Positions 26,806 through 34,528 of a DNA stretch of 59,981 nucleotides are shown here, piece by piece (the stretch's first letter is position 1; every line of letters begins with the position of its first letter). The notes under the pieces were generated by a model. That model was not told where the DNA came from and made no database searches. It worked only from the letters and a program-made list of their open reading frames with translations. The DNA is taken from the IMG/VR virus record IMGVR_UViG_3300032293_001960, positions 1 through 59,981 of that record, one strand, 5' to 3'. The translations under genes were made by a program, and so were the position numbers. The stretch is from a virus. Its lineage: Duplodnaviria > Caudoviricetes.

Positions 26806-27279
26806 ATGACATCGTCTTTACACGAAAAAGACTCAATTACTGGCTTCACAATCGACCCAAAAGGTCCAGAGCAAACCTACGCGGAATGGAAGGCAGCTAG
26901 GCAAGGCACAACCCCATCCTGTACACCCGAAGTCTGCACTCCCACCGAGGGCGAAACCCTCCTGCAGGAGGCCCTGGCGGAGATGACCTCCACCGTCCGC
27001 GACGAGGCCAAGGCTGTCATCCAGGAGCGCATCCGTGAGATTCAACACCTCGAAGTCCTGCTTGCCAAGGCTAAAGCTGATCTACAGGCATTCACGCAGC
27101 GCCCCGCCGCTGAGATCGCCATGGGCGTCAGTTCCAAGGCCAAAGGCCGAAGCGTTACAGGGCATCGTCCCCGACGGTCAGTGAGCCGAGATGTTTTCCA
27201 CTTCTCAACCCAGCAAGATGGGTGGGTCGATGAGCTGCTCAAGCTGGCCTATCGCCGCATGGATGCCCGCGCTTCATAA
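26806..27279 (+). CDS. hypothetical coiled-coil protein with a mosaic C-terminal tail
   Basis: start MTSSLHE; 3' end copies pieces of the terminase gene and ORF 30967. Confidence 0.55.
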   Translation: MTSSLHEKDSITGFTIDPKGPEQTYAEWKAARQGTTPSCTPEVCTPTEGETLLQEALAEMTSTVRDEAKAVIQERIREIQHLEVLLAKAKADLQAFTQRPAAEIAMGVSSKAKGRSVTGHRPRRSVSRDVFHFSTQQDGWVDELLKLAYRRMDARAS

Positions 27280-27309
27280 AGAAAAGGCCCCGGGAACCAC
27301 CCCGAGGCC
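27278..27309 (-). terminator. intrinsic terminator (U-tract on minus strand, possibly bidirectional)
   Basis: GGCCTCGGG-loop-CCCGGGGCC-TTTTCTTT on the minus strand. Confidence 0.55.
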
Positions 27310-27798
27310 GCTCATCTACTACACACAGCCGTTTTCGACCATGCTGCCTGATTATTTCACACTACCGCCGCCCCGCGCCAAACTGCCTTTACCGGGTCCC
27401 CGCACCACCGGATCCTTTTCCCTTTTTACTTCCACGACACATGGACATGGCCATGGCAGGTTTTGCTGTCTACGTGCTCCTCCAGATGGAGACAGGCGTA
27501 CCTCTGTACTCCACAACTGCTCTCCCTGAGGAGATTACAGCAGCCAACGCATCTTTAGAGGCCTACGGCAATAGCTGCCGTTTTGTTCCTAAGAGCAGTC
27601 TGTCGCATTCATCTACTACCTAATGTCTCCTCCTTCTTCAGACAACGGCTGGGCAGCCTTCGCCCACTTCTGCAATGAACTTGCTCCGGTGATGGGCCCC
27701 CTGCTCTCAACCGTCGCCGAGACCGCTCATGCCATCGACCGTGCCCAGCGCGGCGTTACCACCACCCAGTCCCTTCCCCAGTCCCGTACCCGGAGTTT

Positions 27799-28044
27799 AT
27801 GACCGATGCCGAATTTCTCGAACACGTTCGCAGCATCTGCCCCACCAAGGCCTGCTACAGCACCTCCGCCGAAGCCAAAGCGATGATGCGTAGGCGTCAG
27901 TTCTCCGGCAGGCCCTACGCCTGCCCCTGGTGCGACTTTTGGCACATCACGACTCTTGACCGAGTCCGCAGTAAAGCGTTCTCTCGTCGCCTTAAAAGTA
28001 TCCGCTCTTTGGAGTTTGAAGATTCATGCGCTATTCCGTCTTGA
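27799..28044 (+). CDS. small Zn-ribbon protein
   Basis: CPTKACY...YACPWCDFWHIT. Confidence 0.6.
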   Translation: MTDAEFLEHVRSICPTKACYSTSAEAKAMMRRRQFSGRPYACPWCDFWHITTLDRVRSKAFSRRLKSIRSLEFEDSCAIPS

Positions 28045-28208
28045 TCTTTTGCCTATCGTTGTTGACTGGTTGTGCTTCTAGTTATCGCTCATTTCCGCAA
28101 ACCGAAGCACGACAGTTTTACTATTCTATTGCAGAGTCTCATTCGTGCACAGACCCTGTAATGCCTAGTCTAGTATCAGTTCCACCATTTAGTTATTATG
28201 CGAAATAG
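28026..28208 (+). CDS. small lipoprotein
   Basis: signal peptide with lipobox LLTGC. Confidence 0.45.
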   Translation: MRYSVLIFCLSLLTGCASSYRSFPQTEARQFYYSIAESHSCTDPVMPSLVSVPPFSYYAK

Positions 28209-28455
28209 CAACAGCAGCTTGATAAGCACTCTTATCAGTATAAGAAACCCATGGCGTTTCAGTCCTGGTGACACGGCTTATGTTCGTGGTTGGTCTCAGG
28301 ACTATCCAGTAACGATCGAGGCCCCAGCAGAGTTCGGCGAAGGCTTACGCCGCGTCACGGTCCCGCACTACCACTGCCGTGACCACCTGGGCGGCACCTG
28401 GCTGCTGAGCCAGCTGCATCTGTCCAGATCACCAATTTCGGAGCGCAAGCGATGA
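28198..28455 (+). CDS. hypothetical protein
   Basis: PWRFSPGDTAYV...PHYHCRD...W..SQLHLS; ATGA overlap with the next gene. Confidence 0.55.
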   Translation: MRNSNSSLISTLISIRNPWRFSPGDTAYVRGWSQDYPVTIEAPAEFGEGLRRVTVPHYHCRDHLGGTWLLSQLHLSRSPISERKR

Positions 28456-29168
28456 CAGCTAACCGGCCACTGCGCGGCGGCTCGTGGATCCACCTCCCGC
28501 ACGACTGCCGCGCCGCCTTCCGGCTCAGCGGCTACCCGGACAGCACCGGCTCCAACCTCGGCCTGCGTCCCTGCTGTATCCTTCCCCTCCCCCATTCATC
28601 TCTCAATCCCTCAGAAACCATGACGACCTCCAATCACACTATTTCCGCCTCTGCTCTCAACCTGCCCATGGTGTCCATCGCCCCAGGGCGCTTCATGATG
28701 GGATCCAATTCACCGTCGGCTTTCTCTGATGAGAAGCCGGTCCATGAGGTGATTATCGACAAGGGCTTCGAGATGGCGGAGACTCCGACCACCCAAGCCC
28801 AGTGGCGATGGGTCGCCGAGAACCTGCCCAAGGTCGAGCGCGATCTCGATCCTGATCCTTCGCGCTTCAAGGGCGACAGCCGCCCGGTCGAGCGCATCTC
28901 CTGGTATGACGCCATGGAATTCTGTGCCCGCCTCAGCCGGGCTACAGGCAAGACATACACCCTTCCCACCGAGGAACAGTGGGAGTACGCCTGCCGCGCA
29001 GGCACCACCACTGAATTCGCTTTCGGGGACACCCTCGATGAGTCCCAGGCACGCTTCAACGCAGACTCCACCTGCGATGTCAAGCAGTACAAAGCCAACG
29101 CCTGGGGCCTCTACGACATGCACGGGCAGGTCTTCGAGTGGTGCCTTAACGAGTACCAACCCTACTGA
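28452..29168 (+). CDS. FGE-sulfatase / C-type-lectin-fold scaffold lacking its C-terminal variable region, with an N-terminal VR-like module (second start at 28620)
   Basis: FMMGS, EKPVHEV, TPTTQAQW, PVERISW, LPTEEQWEYACRAG, NAWGLYDMHGQVFEWC then stop; RGGSW..CRAAFR..NLGLR at the N-terminus. Confidence 0.88.
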   Translation: MTANRPLRGGSWIHLPHDCRAAFRLSGYPDSTGSNLGLRPCCILPLPHSSLNPSETMTTSNHTISASALNLPMVSIAPGRFMMGSNSPSAFSDEKPVHEVIIDKGFEMAETPTTQAQWRWVAENLPKVERDLDPDPSRFKGDSRPVERISWYDAMEFCARLSRATGKTYTLPTEEQWEYACRAGTTTEFAFGDTLDESQARFNADSTCDVKQYKANAWGLYDMHGQVFEWCLNEYQPY

Positions 29169-29178
29169 TTCCCCTCCT

Positions 29179-29463
29179 ATGCACTCTGATCTGCGGGGCG
29201 GCTCCTGGGACAGCAACCCCGGGGACTGCCGCTCGGCCTTCCGCGACCTCAACCAGCCCGTCTATGCCAACGGCAACGTCGGCTTCCGTGTGGTGTGCCT
29301 CCCCGGGGAGGTAGCACCACCCCGGATGCTGCTGCGCGGCGGCTCTTGGGTCAACGACCCCAGGCTCTGTCGCTCGGCCTGGGGCGGCCACGCCCTGCCC
29401 GGCAATGCCAGCCTCAACTCCGGGTTTCGTGTGGTGTGCCTCCCCGGGGAGGTGACACCATGA
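29179..29463 (+). CDS. mini-gene with two tandem CLec variable-region modules
   Basis: MHSD-LRGGSW..CRSA..GFRVVCLP twice. Confidence 0.7.
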   Translation: MHSDLRGGSWDSNPGDCRSAFRDLNQPVYANGNVGFRVVCLPGEVAPPRMLLRGGSWVNDPRLCRSAWGGHALPGNASLNSGFRVVCLPGEVTP

Positions 29464-29750
29464 CAACTCGTGACACCCTTCGGCTGTTTCGCGTGCGCGG
29501 CGGCTCCTGGGACGGCTACCCCAGGTACTGCCGCTCGGCCTACAGCAACCACGCCCGGCCCGGCGATGCCAACGACGACGTCGGGTTTCGTGTGGTGTGC
29601 CTCCCCGGGGAGGTAGCACCACCCCGGATGCTGCTGCGCGGCGGCTCCTGGGACATTGGTAACTACCGGTTCTGCCGCTCGGCCTTCCGCTACCACTTCC
29701 AGCCCGACGTTGCCAACGACTTCATCGGGTTTCGTGTGGTGTGCCTCCCT
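29191..29750 (+). repeat. array of four DGR variable-region-like repeats (29191, 29332, 29493, 29634)
   Basis: 141-bp spacing within pairs; invariant framework, variation at codon positions 1-2. Confidence 0.92.
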
Positions 29751-29804
29751 GCCCCCGAGATCGTAGCCGCTGCTGCCCTCCGCGCCCTGGAGGACCATGG
29801 CTGA
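29460..29804 (+). CDS. mini-gene with two tandem CLec variable-region modules
   Basis: ATGA-coupled start after GGAGGT; MTTRDTLRLFR-VRGGSW..GFRVVCLP twice. Confidence 0.75.
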   Translation: MTTRDTLRLFRVRGGSWDGYPRYCRSAYSNHARPGDANDDVGFRVVCLPGEVAPPRMLLRGGSWDIGNYRFCRSAFRYHFQPDVANDFIGFRVVCLPAPEIVAAAALRALEDHG

Positions 29805-29960
29805 CCCAGCTTCACTAGAGCAACTGAGCAGGGCCGCTGAATCAGCAGCGGAGAGATATGTCGTAACTGACGCAAGTTCGTATCAGTTGCTGAACATTAT
29901 CAGCTGTCTTGAGTCCGCGGCTGCCATATTACGGAGGAAAGCATTCAGGAGACAGTTATT

Positions 29961-30185
29961 ATGACTGAACAACAGCAGCATCCCAGCAGCCCGCCTCAAG
30001 AGCTGCGAGACAAATGGAGAGAAGCGCAAACGGCAGAAGAACTCATATCGCAAATAGAGAATGAGGCTCTTCGAGTGCTTGACTCGAAGATGCCTGTTAC
30101 TCGTCCTCCTTGGATTATGACAAAAGACCTTTACGACAAAGCCGCTGCTGCCTTCCGCGCCCTGGAGGCCCTTCCCGATGACTGA
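29961..30185 (+). CDS. hypothetical protein
   Basis: QHPSSPPQEL...RALEALPDD; AGGAG RBS. Confidence 0.6.
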   Translation: MTEQQQHPSSPPQELRDKWREAQTAEELISQIENEALRVLDSKMPVTRPPWIMTKDLYDKAAAAFRALEALPDD

Positions 30186-30227
30186 CCTACTCACCCGACT
30201 GCTGGCCCTTGCTGGGGAGGTGACACC

Positions 30228-30491
30228 GTGGTGATTTGGAAGTTTGAGTTGAAAATTACGGACATGCAGGAAGTGACGATGCCAGAGGGCGCAGAGTTGC
30301 TAAGCGTGGCGAACCAGAACGGCAACCTATGCCTTTGGGCGATGGTCGATCCGTCGAAGGAAAAGCGACATCGTTACATCGAGATCATTGGGACAGGCAA
30401 CCCGATGCCAACAGACATGGGTATTGACCGGAAGTTTATCGGCACAGCGGTTATGAATCCGTTTGTGTGGCATGTGTTTGAGCGTCGGTAA
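30228..30491 (+). CDS. conserved phage hypothetical protein
   Basis: IWKFEL..MPEGAELLSV..LWAMVDP..GTGNP..FVWHVFE; strong SD. Confidence 0.7.
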   Translation: MVIWKFELKITDMQEVTMPEGAELLSVANQNGNLCLWAMVDPSKEKRHRYIEIIGTGNPMPTDMGIDRKFIGTAVMNPFVWHVFERR

Positions 30492-30517
30492 TCGTCCGAC
30501 GAACGGGGGTTTAACCA

Positions 30518-30835
30518 GTGAACTGGACTCATTTTTCGAAGTTATCTTTTACCAAAGAGGTCCACAATGTTGTCACAGCCTTGGACCTCACCATTCCTCC
30601 CGATGGACGGCCTCACGTCTTCCTACACAACACCGGAGACGGGCAGTTCTTCTCTGTGAAGCGGGAGGGTCCCGACAGATGGCTGATCACTACGACGCGT
30701 GGGGTGGATGTTGGCCTCAGTAGCCAGCTTGCCACTGAAGAGGTCAAGAAACAGGCCACCACTTGGTTCTTGTCCAAGGGTACACCTTCTGGCGATGCTT
30801 TACGGTACTGGCTCAATTTATGGGAGGAACCTTAA
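30518..30835 (+). CDS. hypothetical protein
   Basis: 105-aa ORF. Confidence 0.5.
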   Translation: MNWTHFSKLSFTKEVHNVVTALDLTIPPDGRPHVFLHNTGDGQFFSVKREGPDRWLITTTRGVDVGLSSQLATEEVKKQATTWFLSKGTPSGDALRYWLNLWEEP

Positions 30836-30966
30836 TTGCAGAATGTGGAGGAGCACAATCGCCGTCTTTTTTGTCAAGCTTGTCAGCAGCTAACCCATTT
30901 ACGAACAGTGCATAGACGCACCCGACACCTGAATGCTATGCTAGGAGGGAGCTCACGCCCCGCCAC

Positions 30967-31425
30967 ATGCTCACGGCTATTCGTGACTTCACACGGTCAG
31001 TGAGCCGAGATGTGGAGCGTTTCTTGCAGGCCCTCCGCACGATTGAGCGTCTGCCCGCACTCCTGGCAGAAAACCACAACACTCTTTTACACCAAATGTC
31101 CGCTCTCAGTCAGATCCTGTCCGGGATCGAATTTTTGATCACCGAAAATGCGGCCCTCAAGGCAGCGCTTGGTGAATCCGGCCTGACCAATGAGGCTCTC
31201 CAGGCTGAGCTTGCTGCTGCTGGTGAGCGTTACAAGTCTCTGGTTGCCGAGGAAGTCGCCGAGGACGAAATGGAAGCCCGCATCCTTAGCCGCCTATCCG
31301 AAGTGCTGCCCCAGCCTCCTGCAGAGGAGCCCGCTGCTGAGGAGCCTGTTGCCGAGGAGCCTGTTGCTCCTGCCGTCGAGCCTGCTGCTGAGGAGCCCGC
31401 CGCCGAGGAAGAGGAGCCTGCCTGA
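30967..31425 (+). CDS. coiled-coil protein with acidic EEPA-repeat tail
   Basis: 15-bp-type GAGGAGCC repeats near the 3' end; possible second start MSALSQ. Confidence 0.65.
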   Translation: MLTAIRDFTRSVSRDVERFLQALRTIERLPALLAENHNTLLHQMSALSQILSGIEFLITENAALKAALGESGLTNEALQAELAAAGERYKSLVAEEVAEDEMEARILSRLSEVLPQPPAEEPAAEEPVAEEPVAPAVEPAAEEPAAEEEEPA

Positions 31426-31447
31426 GCCGCTGCTCATTGACTGCACT

Positions 31448-31469
31448 GGGGGCTAAACGCCCCCTTTTT
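31448..31469 (+). terminator. intrinsic terminator
   Basis: GGGGGC-TAAAC-GCCCCC-TTTTT. Confidence 0.75.
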
Positions 31470-31492
31470 GCTATCTACTTGCACTCAGCTCC

Positions 31493-31672
31493 ATGCCAGA
31501 CCCCGATCCAATGCGGTTAACTCTTTCTCAATCCTTTGAACTAGAAAGAATGTGCCGCACGATAGATGAAACCAACGATATAGCCACCCTACGCCAACTC
31601 TGCAAAGAGACCCTCCGAGCCTGGCAAATGCAGAAAGCCGCCACAGCGTGGGTCATGCGCCAAGGGTTATAG
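31493..31672 (+). CDS. NblA-like phycobilisome degradation adaptor (59 aa, missed by ORF track)
   Basis: LTLSQSFELERMCRTIDET...LRQLCKETLRAWQMQK; LxLxQxF start and helix-loop-helix size. Confidence 0.55.
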   Translation: MPDPDPMRLTLSQSFELERMCRTIDETNDIATLRQLCKETLRAWQMQKAATAWVMRQGL

Positions 31673-31707
31673 TTGTTTAATATACGACGCAGCTAGCACC
31701 TATACCC

Positions 31708-32160
31708 ATGCCCGGACGTAATCCCAACCCTATTGACGGCTTACGGGAGCAGGAACGGATGGCTGTAGCACTCCTGGCCCAGGGCAAAACGAACCGCGCC
31801 ACCGCTACCGAGCTCGGCATATCAGAGCGTGCACTGTACAACTGGCGTCAAAAACCTGTGGTTCAACGTGCTATCTTCCTCAGGCAGCAGCAAATAATTT
31901 CAGACAACGAAAGCCAAACTATAGAACTTCTGCCCGAGGCGATTAGCACTCTTAAAGCCATCATGCAGGACTCCCGTGCTCGTCCCTCCGATCGCATTGC
32001 TGCTTCTCGTGCCCTGATCAACGGTGCAGGTCGCTATCAAGAGACCCAAATGCTAAACCGCAAGTTGGCCAACCTTGAAGCGATGGTGGACCCCCTGACC
32101 GCAGAACTTCTCCCCGAGGACGAGGATAATCTCCCTTCATTCGAGCCTACCGATGAATGA
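31708..32160 (+). CDS. terminase small subunit (HTH)
   Basis: N-terminal HTH TATELGISERALYNW; overlaps the large subunit start. Confidence 0.7.
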   Translation: MPGRNPNPIDGLREQERMAVALLAQGKTNRATATELGISERALYNWRQKPVVQRAIFLRQQQIISDNESQTIELLPEAISTLKAIMQDSRARPSDRIAASRALINGAGRYQETQMLNRKLANLEAMVDPLTAELLPEDEDNLPSFEPTDE

Positions 32161-33665
32161 CCACATCAACGCTGACGCAACTCGTCCGCCGCGCTGACAA
32201 GCTGCAGGCTGCAATCGAACGCCGCAAGGCCCAGGCCACCTCCTCCCCCGAGGCCGCTGTCAGCACTCTGCCTACCATTGACCAGTGGCCCGAGTTTGCT
32301 CGCCTGACCTGGATCACCACGAGCGGCACTGTCGCCCCATTCGACCCGTACGACTTCCAGATTGATCTAGTACGGCAGATCTATTCCCATCAGAATGTTA
32401 TTGTAAATAAATCACGCCAAGTTGGCGTTAGTGAAACTGTTGTCAACGCCCTGAGCTGCCGTGCCGCCACTGAACCGGGGTATGTTGCTGTCGTATTTTC
32501 CAAAACTCAGGGCGATTCATCGCAGTTAGCACGCCGCGCTAAGCGGATGCTTAATAGCATTTCAGGTCACGCATTTCGTTATGCTACAGACAGCGCGACG
32601 CTAATCAGCGTCGTGGGCTTCGGCACTATCTACTTTCTACCCGGCAGCTCCCGTGCTGCTCGCGGTATCCCCTCTTGCTCAGACCTATGGATTGACGAGG
32701 CCGACTTTGTTGATGGTGCCGAGGAGATCTACCGCGCCGCCAGCCCCACGTTGTCCATGTTGGGAGAGAAAGGCCGTGTGATTGTCACCAGCACACCGGA
32801 CACGGCTTCGGGCTGGTACGGCTCCCTGTGGCACGCTGGTATTTTCCCTGATTGGTATTCCTACGTCGAGCGTGCTCGTGATACCCCTGCCCAGGGCCCT
32901 GCTGTTATTGCAGAGCTGAACAACCGCCTGGCGCAACTCCCGGACAAGTGGCTCCGCGTTGCGATTCATTATTCCCAGCATTCGGTCTACAACCAAGATC
33001 CCAATTGGGCGAAGAAAACCCGTGAGGACCGCCGTATCACCCAATCTGCCTGGGCCACCGAGTACGAACTAGCCTTTGGTTCCACAAACAGCCAGGTCTA
33101 CCCCTATGAACTGATCAACCGTGGCGCCCGAGGCTCCTGGCGCGAATGCGGCTCCGTTAATCGTACATACGTACTAGCTATAGATCCAAACGCGGGCGGC
33201 GATGATTACTTCGTAGGCTTGGTACTTGACATCACCAGCAAGCCGTACGAAGTTGTCAGCCTATACCGTGAAAACGGTCGTAGCACTGAGTACAGTCTAC
33301 GCAAGATTAAAGAGCTGATAGAAGACTACATCCCGCATCGTATCATCGTGGAAAAGCAGGCCATGGGTGCAGTGATCGCCGAAGCGTTACAGGGCATCGT
33401 CCCCGAGTACGCGATCGAGCTGTTCTCCACTTCTCAGCCCAGCAAGATCACAGCCACGGATCGCATCCTGTTCCTGCTGGAACACGATGACCTGATCTTC
33501 CCCGAGGGCGTAATCGTCGATGAGCTTCGCGCTTTCCAGCAGAAAGATCACGGAGTCCGTGCCGCTGGATCTGGTTTCCATGATGATACTGTCATGGCGT
33601 TAGCCTTTGCGTGTAGTTTGATTCCAGAAACTCCGAATACTGCAGCGTTCTTTGCGAATATCTAA
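32157..33665 (+). CDS. terL: terminase large subunit
   Basis: KSRQVGVS Walker A; IDEADF Walker B; TSTP; LAIDP and HDDTVMALA nuclease motifs. Confidence 0.92.
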   Translation: MTTSTLTQLVRRADKLQAAIERRKAQATSSPEAAVSTLPTIDQWPEFARLTWITTSGTVAPFDPYDFQIDLVRQIYSHQNVIVNKSRQVGVSETVVNALSCRAATEPGYVAVVFSKTQGDSSQLARRAKRMLNSISGHAFRYATDSATLISVVGFGTIYFLPGSSRAARGIPSCSDLWIDEADFVDGAEEIYRAASPTLSMLGEKGRVIVTSTPDTASGWYGSLWHAGIFPDWYSYVERARDTPAQGPAVIAELNNRLAQLPDKWLRVAIHYSQHSVYNQDPNWAKKTREDRRITQSAWATEYELAFGSTNSQVYPYELINRGARGSWRECGSVNRTYVLAIDPNAGGDDYFVGLVLDITSKPYEVVSLYRENGRSTEYSLRKIKELIEDYIPHRIIVEKQAMGAVIAEALQGIVPEYAIELFSTSQPSKITATDRILFLLEHDDLIFPEGVIVDELRAFQQKDHGVRAAGSGFHDDTVMALAFACSLIPETPNTAAFFANI

Positions 33666-33769
33666 GTGCCCAGTGTAAGTTCCTCTGTACGCATTGCGAG
33701 TTCCTCTGCGCCTAGTGTAAGTTCGCGAAATTACACTCCAGTGATAAACTATGTGCATATCCTCCTAGT

Positions 33770-34528
33770 TTGATGAAGTCCTTCGAGCTAGTTTCCCGTT
33801 CTTGGAACGGCACGCCGATCCACCGGCGCATCACCGATGGCTATGCCAATGCCACGGCCATGTGCAAGGCGAACAAGAAGAGGTGGTCTGACTACCGGGA
33901 ATCGGACCGCTGCCAGCTCTACCTGGACGCTCTGTCCCAAACAACGGAAATTCCGGTGTTTGATCTGATCCAGTCCCGCCAGGGGCACGGTGGTGGTACC
34001 TGGGTCCATCCCCAGGTCGCGGTCGACCTGGCCCGCTGGATCAGCGCACCGTTCGCGGTGTGGATGGACCGCTGGTTTTTGGAGAATATCCAACAAGCGT
34101 CAAAAGCACCTGTAGAGACAGTATCTCCTAGGCTTCGCGAAGTTGAGATGATTACTCTTATAGAGAGTAGCCTTAACTTGTTTGATCGTCTCGGCGGAAT
34201 GGATCAACGTGATGAAATTCTGTTTAAAGATGTTGTTCGTAATAACTTATTAGCAGCCACGTCCGGTTCACTCCCTCAGATTGACCCCGAGCTCGCATTA
34301 AGTGATGCCTGGCTCGAAGTATTTAAACAACCGCTGAATCCTGCCAACTTTAATAAGATCGGTAAGCTAGTTGCCAGAAATTACAGAAAAGAATTTAATG
34401 AAGATCCTCCCCTTCGTGAGCAGTTTGTGAATGGCAGACCCTGTCAGGTAAAGAGCTATCGTCGTTCCTGGTTGCTTAGAACTTTAGAGCAACTAGATCC
34501 TGTCTCTATACTGAAGCCAAGTGTCTGA
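33770..34528 (+). CDS. KilA-N domain DNA-binding protein
   Basis: DGYANATAMCKA..GTWVHPQVAVDLARWIS. Confidence 0.85.
   Translation: MMKSFELVSRSWNGTPIHRRITDGYANATAMCKANKKRWSDYRESDRCQLYLDALSQTTEIPVFDLIQSRQGHGGGTWVHPQVAVDLARWISAPFAVWMDRWFLENIQQASKAPVETVSPRLREVEMITLIESSLNLFDRLGGMDQRDEILFKDVVRNNLLAATSGSLPQIDPELALSDAWLEVFKQPLNPANFNKIGKLVARNYRKEFNEDPPLREQFVNGRPCQVKSYRRSWLLRTLEQLDPVSILKPSV

Noticed and set aside
27206-27217. Self-target of the second TnpB guide (12-nt match CAACCCAGCAAG)
   Set aside because: No TGAG/TGAC motif upstream, and the site is explained as a terL-derived copy; probably chance.
29191-29750. CRISPR array
   Set aside because: Repeats are coding, 141-bp units with scattered substitutions, not repeat-spacer structure; no cas genes.
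28452-30200. Complete canonical DGR (RT, Avd, TR)
   Set aside because: No ORF with RT motifs and no AAC-rich template copy seen; each cassette has non-A bases where another has A, so none is the template.
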